A stretch of 45,379 nucleotides of DNA from a virus. Each line of letters opens with the position of its first letter. Within the stretch, counting starts at the first letter, position 1. Shown here piece by piece: positions 33,397-41,176 of the stretch. Position numbers and translations under genes: made by a program. The stretch is taken from positions 1-45,379 of IMG/VR virus record IMGVR_UViG_3300020215_000016; one strand, given 5' to 3'. The notes beneath the pieces were generated by a model. That model saw only the letters and a list, made by a program, of their open reading frames with translations, ran no database searches and had not been told where the DNA came from.

Positions 33397-33581
33397 CCCT
33401 CAAGCGCCACCGCATCATCGAGTCCGCGCCGCTGCCTTACCCATCGTGCGGCTGCTGCCATTCGAAGGTGGACGTGGTGAAGATGGAAGTTACTTGGCGG
33501 TGTCGCTGTCATGATAATGAATGGAGATGTATTGCCTGCTGCCGGTGCAGCCTCCATTGCTGTCGGAATAAAAATGGATAA
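33393..33581 (+). CDS. Extremely Cys-rich 62-aa ORF (start codon uncertain)
   Basis: TTGA overlap. Contains SCGCCHSK...WRCRCHDNEWRCIACCRCSLHCC (13 Cys). Lies in a low-GC stretch. Confidence 0.3.
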   Translation: MTLKRHRIIESAPLPYPSCGCCHSKVDVVKMEVTWRCRCHDNEWRCIACCRCSLHCCRNKNG

Positions 33582-34122
33582 AACAAAAGATCGCGACACG
33601 TTCATCTGCGCCTACTGCAAAGGTGTTTTTCCTGTTCTTCGGAATCCAAGAATAACATGCAGCATGAGGTGCAAAATGGCCGACCTAGCAAAGAATCGAC
33701 CGTCCCGTTATGGCGTTGCGCTGAAAACATTTTGGGAGCGGGTTAGGAAAACAGATTCTTGCTGGATTTGGACTGGCGGGAGGGATGGCCGCGGATACGG
33801 GCGCATTGGGCCGGTAGGTGCATTAAAAGAGGACTATGCCCATCGGCATTCTTATCGAATTCATAAGGGTGAGATACCACACGGCTTGGCCATCGACCAT
33901 CTTTGTCAGAACAAATGGTGCGTAAACCCAAACCATCTTGAGGCCGTAACTCAGACTGAAAACACTAGGCGGTGGCGAGTCACCGTATCGGCCTGCAAGC
34001 GCGGGCATCAGAGAACGAAAGAGAACACATATACACGCCCTTCTAATGGCTCGACATCATGTATCCCGTGCATTAAGTTGAGGCGGCTCTGCTACTCCGT
34101 CGGCGCGAGGCTGCAACCTTGA
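33574..34122 (+). CDS. HNH homing-type endonuclease
   Basis: CWIWTGG ... YAHRHSY ... IDHLCQNKWCVNPNHLEAVTQTENTRR is an HNH_3-like pattern. Local G+C is clearly lower than in the flanks. Confidence 0.75.
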   Translation: MDKTKDRDTFICAYCKGVFPVLRNPRITCSMRCKMADLAKNRPSRYGVALKTFWERVRKTDSCWIWTGGRDGRGYGRIGPVGALKEDYAHRHSYRIHKGEIPHGLAIDHLCQNKWCVNPNHLEAVTQTENTRRWRVTVSACKRGHQRTKENTYTRPSNGSTSCIPCIKLRRLCYSVGARLQP

Positions 34123-34955
34123 GAGGATCGTTCTACTTCCAGCACGACTACAACGCTAGGCGTGACGGGAAGATCGCCAACATGATCAGAACTCACGGAC
34201 TCCTCGGCTATGGCCTTTATTGGGCGTTAGTCGAGGACCTGTATGAAGCCGGTGGCCGGATTGATCGGGACTACGACAGACTTGCATACGACCTTCGCGT
34301 GGATAAGGCCATGGTCCAGTCCGTAATTGAGGACTTTGACCTCTTCTACTCGGAGGATGGGGGCAAGCAGTTCGGGTCCCGGTCCATCGACCGCCGACTC
34401 CAGGAACGCCGGGAGAAGATCAGGCAGGCGCAAGAGGCGGGGCGTTTAGGTGGCTTAAAACGCTCCGATCAAGCGACCGCTAAGCGACCGCTAAGCGACC
34501 GCTTAACGACCGCTAAGCTAGGAGAGGAAAGGAAAGGAGAGGAGAGGAAAGAAATAACGGATAGAGGGCTTGGCTTTCCTTGGCCTCCCGGATTCCTGTC
34601 GTTTTGGGACCTCTACCCCAAGAAACTCAACCAGCACGCCGCCGCCGAGGCATGGAACCTTCTCGCGCCTCAAGAGCCACTACTGTCGATCATCATGGCC
34701 GCCGTCGTCGCGCAGTCGGCCCACTGGCGCGACCATAAGACGCCGTTTGAGTACATCCCCGGCCCGGCCAGGTGGCTCAATGAGCATCGCTGGACCGACG
34801 TCCTGGACATCCAGCTGCCATCCACCCCCAAGCCCCCGCAATGCCCCCGCTGCCGGATCTCGGGCCCAGACGCGAGGCCTACCGCCAGGCTGAGAGACGG
34901 TAGCCCAGCCTGCCAACGCTGCGCCGATGAGGAGGCGGTCCTAAGTGGAGACTGA
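34119..34955 (+). CDS. Replication organiser (DUF4373/DnaD-like)
   Basis: FYFQHDYNARRDGKIANMIRTHGLLGYGLYWALVEDLY matches the Lin1244/DUF4373 N-terminal pattern. The gene contains the iterons. Confidence 0.65.
   Translation: MRGSFYFQHDYNARRDGKIANMIRTHGLLGYGLYWALVEDLYEAGGRIDRDYDRLAYDLRVDKAMVQSVIEDFDLFYSEDGGKQFGSRSIDRRLQERREKIRQAQEAGRLGGLKRSDQATAKRPLSDRLTTAKLGEERKGEERKEITDRGLGFPWPPGFLSFWDLYPKKLNQHAAAEAWNLLAPQEPLLSIIMAAVVAQSAHWRDHKTPFEYIPGPARWLNEHRWTDVLDIQLPSTPKPPQCPRCRISGPDARPTARLRDGSPACQRCADEEAVLSGD
34473..34516. repeat. Four tandem 11-bp iterons (GCGACCGCTAA), candidate origin
   Basis: The copies read gcgaccgctaa, gcgaccgctaa, gcgaccgctta, acgaccgctaa. A 40-nt purine tract follows at 34521-34560. 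Confidence 0.85.
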
Positions 34956-34971
34956 GAAAGGGGCGCCGGTC

Positions 34972-35274
34972 ATGTCCGGGTGCTGTGGGGCCGTGCGCTT
35001 CCTGGCCGACGTTTGGCTGTGGAAACCTGGGCGCAAGAAGATCGGGGAAGTCGTCATGTGCGCCAAGTGCCTGCGCCCGCTTGGCACCCTCAAGATGGAG
35101 CCTGACGCGCCGCCAGAGTTCACCGGCGACGTCTGGCGCGAGATGCAGAAGAAAACGGGCGGGGACAAGTTCTACTGCGAGTTCCAGGGCGGTCAGCTTG
35201 TCCCGATCGGTGGGAAGGTGAGAGCAAAGCCGACGACGACCTATGCCGCGATGTCAGCCCAGGACAATGACTAA
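34972..35274 (+). CDS. Hypothetical Cys-containing protein
   Basis: 100 aa from MSGCCGAV. Contains CAKC. Confidence 0.5.
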   Translation: MSGCCGAVRFLADVWLWKPGRKKIGEVVMCAKCLRPLGTLKMEPDAPPEFTGDVWREMQKKTGGDKFYCEFQGGQLVPIGGKVRAKPTTTYAAMSAQDND

Positions 35275-35392
35275 GTGCCTCTGCGGCCACGCCTTCGAGT
35301 GGCACACCTTCGACTCCGAGGGTGCGTGTTGTGAGTTTCGGGAAGACGGTAAGAAGTTTTGCGAATGCCAGAAGTATCAGGAGCCTAAGTGA
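35267..35392 (+). CDS. 41-aa Cys/His-rich peptide
   Basis: Sequence MTKCLCGHAFEWHTFDSEGACCEFREDGKKFCECQKYQEPK. It overlaps both neighbouring genes. Confidence 0.35.
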   Translation: MTKCLCGHAFEWHTFDSEGACCEFREDGKKFCECQKYQEPK

Positions 35393-35700
35393 AAAAGCCC
35401 TTCAACCGCCGCGACGTCTCGCACTGGATGCAGATTGTAGCCGCGTTCCAGTGTGGCCTATCCGTCGGCTGCATCACGTTCCCGTCGCCAGAAGCAACCA
35501 TGGTCAACGCTGTGTTTGGCGTCGTGTTCGTAATCCTGTTCTGTAACCACATGTCCTATATGGCCGGCCAGTGGCGCGGCTGGCGCGAGGGCGCCGAAAA
35601 CATGCACCGTTTCTACACCCGCCTCCTGCTGACGCGGGAACACCAAATCGGCGGCATCACCGTTATGGTCAACGACAGGCTAGAGGAGCCGAAGCGATGA
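35389..35700 (+). CDS. Membrane protein
   Basis: 103 aa with two hydrophobic helices. Confidence 0.55.
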   Translation: MKKPFNRRDVSHWMQIVAAFQCGLSVGCITFPSPEATMVNAVFGVVFVILFCNHMSYMAGQWRGWREGAENMHRFYTRLLLTREHQIGGITVMVNDRLEEPKR

Positions 35701-35912
35701 CCGAAGCTGAGAAGGAAGCCCTAGAGGTGGCGGACAAGTGCCGCGCGCTGACGAAGCCCGAGAGCGCGTTGGACTACGGCGCCTCGCTGAGCTTTAAGAT
35801 TGACCTGATGCCGCACCTAGCCACGCTGGCGGAGAGCTTGCAGAAAGCCTGGGCAAGAATCGAGGAGCTTGAGTTTAAGCTTAAAGACTTGGAGCGAGGA
35901 TGGCGGCGATGA
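35697..35912 (+). CDS. Hypothetical protein
   Basis: ATGA overlap. 71 aa. Confidence 0.5.
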   Translation: MTEAEKEALEVADKCRALTKPESALDYGASLSFKIDLMPHLATLAESLQKAWARIEELEFKLKDLERGWRR

Positions 35913-36382
35913 CCTACACCTGCCACACCTGCAAAGTAGCCCACAGCGAGGACAACATGGTGGCGCACTGCGCTGTCTGCTACGACAAGATGAGAGGCAA
36001 GCAGTGCAAGCACCTCACTACCAACAAGCCAGACCCCGACGCGACTCTGCTTAAGGAGATGCTGGCTGAGTCCCAAGCCGCCCTGTCCTCCTGCGCCGAG
36101 GCGTTGAAGGCGGGCCTATCCGTGATCCAGGCTTGGCGGGAGACTCACAAGGACAACGGATGGTCAGAGAACGCGGAGGCGATGGTCCTTCTCGCCATGA
36201 GTCAGCCCGCCATCGCCAGGGTCAGCGCCAGGTGGAATTGGCTTGAGCAGGTGGCCAAGGCGGCGCGAACGGGAAGCTGGCATTGCAACGTTTACCGACG
36301 GGCTAACACCACTGGCCCGTGCGGTGGATGCTTGGACTGCCTTCTGGCCGCCGAGCCTGACGCTGTGGAGGGGAAGCCGTGA
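35909..36382 (+). CDS. Hypothetical protein with N- and C-terminal Cys clusters
   Basis: ATGA overlap. Contains CHTC..CAVC and CGGCLDC. Confidence 0.55.
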   Translation: MTYTCHTCKVAHSEDNMVAHCAVCYDKMRGKQCKHLTTNKPDPDATLLKEMLAESQAALSSCAEALKAGLSVIQAWRETHKDNGWSENAEAMVLLAMSQPAIARVSARWNWLEQVAKAARTGSWHCNVYRRANTTGPCGGCLDCLLAAEPDAVEGKP

Positions 36383-36513
36383 ATGATATCTGGATGGAGA
36401 GGATGACCGGATTCTTTGTCGGGTTCATCGTTGGCAACGCCCATGCCATCTGGAGGAATCTGGATGACATCATGGCCGGGGAGAAGGCGAGGAGGAAGCC
36501 CGATGGCCGATAG
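36379..36513 (+). CDS. 44-aa membrane peptide
   Basis: GTGA overlap. Contains MTGFFVGFIVGNAHAIW. Confidence 0.3.
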   Translation: MNDIWMERMTGFFVGFIVGNAHAIWRNLDDIMAGEKARRKPDGR

Positions 36514-36673
36514 ACTGCTGCCGTGCCCTCACTGCGGAACAGCGGCGGTGGTAACAAGCTGCCCAATGAATGGCGAGGTCGCTGTCGAGTGCGCGGACAG
36601 GTGTCTTATTGCTCTGGATAAACCAGAGGCCATCAGAAGGTGGAACCGCCGCCACGGCGAGGAGACCCCATGA
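36503..36673 (+). CDS. lar: Lar-family restriction-alleviation-like protein
   Basis: LLPCPHCGTAAVV ... VECADRC ... EAIRRWNRR matches the Lar family pattern (CPxCG ... AIxxWNxR). Confidence 0.6.
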   Translation: MADRLLPCPHCGTAAVVTSCPMNGEVAVECADRCLIALDKPEAIRRWNRRHGEETP

Positions 36674-36885
36674 CGATTGATGAGGCGTTGGAGAACTTTG
36701 AGGCGTGCAAGAGCAGGCTCTGTGCTAACCCCGATTGCAGGGCTGGGAAATTCCTCGCCAAAGAGGTCCGCAGGCTGAGACGAGATGCCGTGCGGCTGGA
36801 CTGGTTGATGGACGATCTTCTGGACAGGAATAGTCTCGATAAGGCCATGTCCGCCGAGAAGTCCAGGCGCAGGGAGAAGCAATGA
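36670..36885 (+). CDS. Hypothetical protein
   Basis: ATGA overlap. 71 aa ending SRRREKQ. Confidence 0.5.
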   Translation: MTIDEALENFEACKSRLCANPDCRAGKFLAKEVRRLRRDAVRLDWLMDDLLDRNSLDKAMSAEKSRRREKQ

Positions 36886-36998
36886 GCCGTGGGATGTTGG
36901 CGACATACACCGTCGAGGTTTGGGAGTTCCTGAACGACCCAAAGAACGCGGAGAAGATCAAAGCCTTTCTGTCCAGGCGCAGGGAGAAATGTAGATGA
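36882..36998 (+). CDS. 38-aa hypothetical protein
   Basis: ATGA overlaps at both ends. It ends SRRREKCR, within the second copy of the 18-nt junction repeat. Confidence 0.35.
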   Translation: MSRGMLATYTVEVWEFLNDPKNAEKIKAFLSRRREKCR

Positions 36999-37681
36999 GC
37001 GAAGGACTAGAACTGCTAAGCGACGAAGACGCCGCTAAGTATTGGTGGCGCAAGTGCGGCGAGTTGGAGAAGGAGCTAGAGGCAGTCAAGAAGGAGTTGG
37101 CTCAGCGAGAGAGGTTCGTAGAGGCTGGCCGAGAACTGAACGCGGAGCTTGATGATGAGCTTCAGCGGGTCAAGCGGGAGCGGGACGCCTGGCAGGAACG
37201 AGAGAAGCGCATCTGCGTGTTCGGGCACATCGCCGCGCCGGGCAAGACCAAAGAGAACTGCGACGAGTGCCGCGTCATCCAAGAGGTGAACGCCAAGCTG
37301 AAAGCCGCCGAGTCCTCTTTGGCCGCCGCGCGGAAGGCGATGGGGGAGAAGGACGAGGTGATCCGTAGCGCCGCCATCGAACTCCACTGCGCCCCGGACT
37401 GGAATAAGGTCCAGGCTGCCGTGCGCCGTCTTGTCGCCGCCCTCCCCGCCGTGGACGCGGGCAAGCCCGCCTGCAAGCACGGCGTCATCCGCGTCGGTCA
37501 CACGATCGGCGGTGCTGACACCTGCGGTGAGTGTGGAGCGGTTTTGAAGGACGCGGGCACGACGGAGCCGAAGCCTTATGGGTGCGGGAAGAAGTTTGCC
37601 TTCACCGGCGGCATCTGTGGCACGGAATATCTTTGCAGGGATTGTGTCTTCAAGCCCAAGCCCGATACGGAGGGAGCGTGA
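36995..37681 (+). CDS. Coiled-coil protein with a Cys-rich C-terminal half
   Basis: 228 aa ending KPKPDTEGA, within the 30-nt junction repeat. Confidence 0.6.
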   Translation: MSEGLELLSDEDAAKYWWRKCGELEKELEAVKKELAQRERFVEAGRELNAELDDELQRVKRERDAWQEREKRICVFGHIAAPGKTKENCDECRVIQEVNAKLKAAESSLAAARKAMGEKDEVIRSAAIELHCAPDWNKVQAAVRRLVAALPAVDAGKPACKHGVIRVGHTIGGADTCGECGAVLKDAGTTEPKPYGCGKKFAFTGGICGTEYLCRDCVFKPKPDTEGA

Positions 37682-37896
37682 AGGTAGATCGAACGTGCGA
37701 GAACAACCGATGCGGACAAATCTTCCAAGCAAAGACCGCCGACGTGCGCCGAGGCTGGGCGCGGTTTTGTTCGAGGTCGTGCAAGGCCACGGTCCAGAGC
37801 TACGGGCGCGGCACGAAGCCGGGGAACTTTGAACAGCGCCGCGAGCGACTAGGCCCCGGCGAATTCTTCGCTCATGGGTCTCAGGATGGAGCATGA
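37678..37896 (+). CDS. Small Cys-containing protein
   Basis: GTG start inside the junction repeat. Sequence VKVDRTCENNRCGQ...FCSRSCKA. Confidence 0.45.
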   Translation: MKVDRTCENNRCGQIFQAKTADVRRGWARFCSRSCKATVQSYGRGTKPGNFEQRRERLGPGEFFAHGSQDGA

Positions 37897-38174
37897 TTAT
37901 CCGTCTGCTGGTTGGATTGATGCACGAAGACTACCCCGAGCAATTCGCTCCCGAGGTCTTGATGGCCGTGGACGAGTTTACGCACGAAGCCAACGAGGAT
38001 CATTGGGAAGCCGAGAAGAAGCGCGTCCTGGCTGACGGATACGACAAGAACTTCCACACGATAGGCGAAGTTCATTTGCGCGTGGACGGCAATGCTCTGC
38101 GCCGCGCCATCCTTCCGCAAACAGTCGCCGCCGCAGTCGAGCCCTCCCCCGCCGACACCAAGGAGAAATTGTGA
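37893..38174 (+). CDS. Hypothetical protein
   Basis: ATGA overlap. 93 aa. Confidence 0.55.
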   Translation: MIIRLLVGLMHEDYPEQFAPEVLMAVDEFTHEANEDHWEAEKKRVLADGYDKNFHTIGEVHLRVDGNALRRAILPQTVAAAVEPSPADTKEKL

Positions 38175-38707
38175 GCGATTGGAACGAAGCGTACAAGCGC
38201 GCCGTGCATTGCGCTGTCGGCGAGCATGACGGACACCCAGAAGGTGTGGTCCAGAAGGACTCGGCGTGGCAGGCTTTCGAGGACCGATGCGCCCTCGCTG
38301 TCCACATCCGCTCTCAGTCTGCCGACATCAAGCGCCTGCGGGGCGAACTGGAAGCGGAGCGCAAGAAGCGTCAGGAATTGGCCGACAAAAATGTCGAGAT
38401 GGCCTACCTGATTGACGACGAGTTGAAGCCTGCCGTCGAGAAGCTGCGCCAGGAGAGGGACGCCTTCAAGTCAGGCATGGACAAGTGGGCGGCTGACTGC
38501 GCCGACGAGTCGGACAGAGCAGACAAGGCCGAGGCCCGCGCGGCGGCGCTGCGGCAAGCCGTGGACTTAGCCATCGGGTTCTGCGTCAATGCCCGCGAGA
38601 CTTGGCCCGACTGGCAGGATCATCAGGAGATCGGAGTCCTATTCGCTAGGTTGACTGCTACTAAGCAAGCAGCCCCTCCCCCATCGCCCCGGAGCGAGTC
38701 CAAATGA
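38171..38707 (+). CDS. Hypothetical coiled-coil protein
   Basis: GTGA overlap. 178 aa. Confidence 0.6.
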   Translation: MSDWNEAYKRAVHCAVGEHDGHPEGVVQKDSAWQAFEDRCALAVHIRSQSADIKRLRGELEAERKKRQELADKNVEMAYLIDDELKPAVEKLRQERDAFKSGMDKWAADCADESDRADKAEARAAALRQAVDLAIGFCVNARETWPDWQDHQEIGVLFARLTATKQAAPPPSPRSESK

Positions 38708-39357
38708 AAATCTGCGGAAAATGCAGTGCCCCGATAGAAAGCCAGAGAGAGATCCACGAAAACCGTTGCAGGAGATGCATCAGCGGCAGCAAGCGGGAAT
38801 ACAAAACGAAAAACCCCTGGGTCGTTATGCTTTCGAGAGCGCGGCAACGTTGTGAATACCCGAAAAGCCACGGTTATTCCAGGTATGGCGGCAGAGGCAT
38901 CCGGTGTGTGCTGACGATCCCTGAGGTAAAGATGCTGTGGGAACGGGACGGGGCGGCCAACATGAAGAAGCCCAGCCTAGACCGAATCAACAAAGACGGC
39001 AATTACGTTTTGGAGAACTGCCGGATCATTGAGCATTCGGAAAATGCAAAGCAGGCATCCCAGGGCATCCCGTGGCGGCAGAGATGCAGGAAGCTTAGCC
39101 CCGAGCAGCTTCAGGAGATAAGAGATAGGCCGGATATTGCGGCTCCTGTGTTGGCCAAGAAATTTGGTGTTAGCCCGCAGGCTGTGCGTAGGATCAGGGG
39201 GCTCAGGGCAGTTCTGCTTGAAAAGCTTGTGGAATCGGTTGGCCGCGCCCTTAAGTCCAAGGTTCTGCTGGATGGGTTCGCCAACTACTCCGAGGCTATC
39301 GCTGACCTGCGCGAGTCATACGCCGCCCTGCGCTCTGGATCGGAGGGGAAATCGTGA
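38704..39357 (+). CDS. HNH-type homing endonuclease with a C-terminal HTH
   Basis: YSRYGGRGIRCV ... PSLDRINKDGNYVLENCRIIEHSEN, followed by LAKKFGVSPQAVRRI. The first ~150 nt are lower in GC. Confidence 0.65.
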   Translation: MKICGKCSAPIESQREIHENRCRRCISGSKREYKTKNPWVVMLSRARQRCEYPKSHGYSRYGGRGIRCVLTIPEVKMLWERDGAANMKKPSLDRINKDGNYVLENCRIIEHSENAKQASQGIPWRQRCRKLSPEQLQEIRDRPDIAAPVLAKKFGVSPQAVRRIRGLRAVLLEKLVESVGRALKSKVLLDGFANYSEAIADLRESYAALRSGSEGKS

Positions 39358-39518
39358 GGGTTAAGGTCCACTATCAGCCGCCATTCTGTGACTATACGGG
39401 CGAGGGGAACCACGAGCCTCTTGCCTGCGGGATGAATGGCGTCTGGAAGGTTAGCAACTGTTGGAGTATGGTGGACTGCAAGCTGTGCCTACGCCGCAAG
39501 CCCAGGAGGAAGAAGTGA
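39354..39518 (+). CDS. 54-aa Cys-rich protein
   Basis: GTGA and TGATG overlaps. Confidence 0.35.
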   Translation: MRVKVHYQPPFCDYTGEGNHEPLACGMNGVWKVSNCWSMVDCKLCLRRKPRRKK

Positions 39519-39766
39519 TGGACTACGAAGCTAAGGCGAGGGAAATTGACGCCAATATTGAAACCTGCGGGAGCCTTGAGGAGCATCGGAGGTTCATCGC
39601 CAACGCCCTCCGCGAGGCTGTTGCGGAGGCGTATGAGGACGCGGCCCGCGACGTCCAATGCTTCGATTGGGAGAAGGGGAGCCAGTCTTGCGAGCCCTGC
39701 GATGACTGCGTACAGGCCGCTAGGTTGCGGGGGAAGGCCGCAGCCATCCGGGAGAAGAAGCCATGA
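39518..39766 (+). CDS. Hypothetical protein
   Basis: 82 aa from MDYEAKAREI. Contains CEPCDDC. Confidence 0.5.
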   Translation: MDYEAKAREIDANIETCGSLEEHRRFIANALREAVAEAYEDAARDVQCFDWEKGSQSCEPCDDCVQAARLRGKAAAIREKKP

Positions 39767-39999
39767 AGCGCCCGCCCATTGAGGAGATCCGCAGTAGGCG
39801 AGAGCCAGATTTTGACGGCTGGACCTATGATGATGTTTGGGACTCGGCAAGGCGGGACATCCCCGCCCTCCTCGCCTACATCGACTCCCTAGAGCGGGTG
39901 GTGGAAGCTACCAGAAAGGCGTGCGACTGCCGGGTGTTCGTCAAGAACCCGTGCCCGCCTTGCCGCGAGATAGCCCGCCACGATGCGGAGGGCGAATGA
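39763..39999 (+). CDS. Hypothetical protein
   Basis: ATGA overlap. 78 aa. Contains CDC...CPPC. Confidence 0.5.
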   Translation: MKRPPIEEIRSRREPDFDGWTYDDVWDSARRDIPALLAYIDSLERVVEATRKACDCRVFVKNPCPPCREIARHDAEGE

Positions 40000-40223
40000 G
40001 GATCACGGAAAGGCAGCGTCTAGCCATGGCTCTTGAGATGATCGAGGAGATATCCGCTGACGCTCAATCCGTCAGCCCCAGGCGCGAGTGGAAGGAGAGT
40101 CAGGATGCTGTCTGCTTGATCTATGAACTGGTCCATTCGATCAGGTCTCCCGGATGCAGGAAGAACCATCCTGAGTGGGCAAAGAAGATTGATGACGCTA
40201 TCAAGGCCAGGAGAAAGGCGTGA
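39996..40223 (+). CDS. Hypothetical protein
   Basis: ATGA overlap. 75 aa. Confidence 0.5.
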   Translation: MRITERQRLAMALEMIEEISADAQSVSPRREWKESQDAVCLIYELVHSIRSPGCRKNHPEWAKKIDDAIKARRKA

Positions 40224-40372
40224 CCTACATCCCACCCCTCAAAGGCCGCAAGACCCACCGCACAGAGCAGGCTAGACCCGCCAAGCCCTGCCAAGCCTGC
40301 AAGACCGGGCACCATGAGAGGTGCCAGAGCATTTACTGTGCGTGTAAGCCGTGTCGGGAGGTGCAGGCGTGA
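40220..40372 (+). CDS. 50-aa Cys/His-rich protein
   Basis: GTGA overlaps. Contains CQACKTGHHERCQSIYCACKPC. Confidence 0.35.
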   Translation: MTYIPPLKGRKTHRTEQARPAKPCQACKTGHHERCQSIYCACKPCREVQA

Positions 40373-40671
40373 AGGATTCTGACTGGTCTTTCGTTCTGCA
40401 TCAGGCGAGGGGGACCGGAAAAACCACAGCTATGATCGAGGCAGCGAAAAAGATAGGCGCTGTGCTGGTTGTCCGCAATGAGGGCGAGGCCTTGAGAGTG
40501 CGGGAGCAGCATGGCGTTGAAGCGATGTCCATGCACTCGGCAACAAAGTTCAGGGGCATTAACCGGCCGGTTCTGTTTGATCCTGACGCGGTGGCGCTGA
40601 TGCTGTTTGAGAAAGATCGGGAGATGGAGAAATCGAAGAAGGCCGAGAAGTACCGAGGCGACTTGGAATGA
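40369..40671 (+). CDS. Miniature P-loop protein
   Basis: 100 aa with the Walker A motif ARGTGKTT and a possible Walker B motif VLFDPD. Confidence 0.5.
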   Translation: MKDSDWSFVLHQARGTGKTTAMIEAAKKIGAVLVVRNEGEALRVREQHGVEAMSMHSATKFRGINRPVLFDPDAVALMLFEKDREMEKSKKAEKYRGDLE

Positions 40672-40814
40672 CCCGCTGCCGCGCCCCCGTTCCCGCCTCT
40701 ACCTACCGCAAGGCCGGTAGATGCTCCAAGAGGGCTAAGCGGGGTGGGTTGTGTACGCATCATGAGGAGGCACCTAAGATAAACCAGCGCCTAATGGCGA
40801 GGAGGGGTACATGA
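40668..40814 (+). CDS. 48-aa basic Cys/His protein
   Basis: ATGA overlap. Contains RCSKRAKRGGLCTHH. Confidence 0.35.
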   Translation: MTRCRAPVPASTYRKAGRCSKRAKRGGLCTHHEEAPKINQRLMARRGT

Positions 40815-40827
40815 GGGCGATGTCCTG

Positions 40828-40986
40828 ATGTCAGAACTCGTGAGGCTGCGAATCGGAAGGGAGTACCTAGTCCAGTTGGGTAAGCTGAAGTCCCGGAAGA
40901 AGGCCTTGCTGAAGATCAAGCAGAAGTACGGAACCTCGCGGCGTTCTGTGGACCGCTACGTCGCGGAGGTGAGAGCGCGGTTCTAA
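40828..40986 (+). CDS. 52-aa HTH-like protein, last early gene
   Basis: YGTSRRSVDRYVAEV resembles a resolvase-type HTH. It lies directly upstream of the leader and terminator in front of terS. Confidence 0.4.
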   Translation: MSELVRLRIGREYLVQLGKLKSRKKALLKIKQKYGTSRRSVDRYVAEVRARF

Positions 40987-41048
40987 ATGCGGTCAGATTG
41001 GCCGTAGTTTTCGTCATCAAATAACTAGACGCCTGATACACTGGTAGC

Positions 41049-41120
41049 GGTCGAGGCGAGCCCAGGTCTAACGACATGGGTTCGCTTCTGCTTTCCGATT
41101 TCCTGCGTCTCGCCTCGACC
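41049..41120. repeat. 12-bp perfect inverted repeat GGTCGAGGCGAG / CTCGCCTCGACC with a 48-nt spacer
   Basis: Arms at 41049-41060 and 41109-41120. The repeat lies between the last early gene and terS. Confidence 0.9.
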
Positions 41121-41140
41121 AAGCGCGAACGCCCGCACCA

Positions 41141-41176
41141 CTCCCCGGAGGTGATCTCCGCGGGAGTTTTATTTTG
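41141..41176 (+). terminator. Intrinsic terminator
   Basis: The stem ctccc-cggag gtgat ctccg-(c)-gggag has 10 bp with one bulge. It is followed by TTTTATTTTG. Confidence 0.7.
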
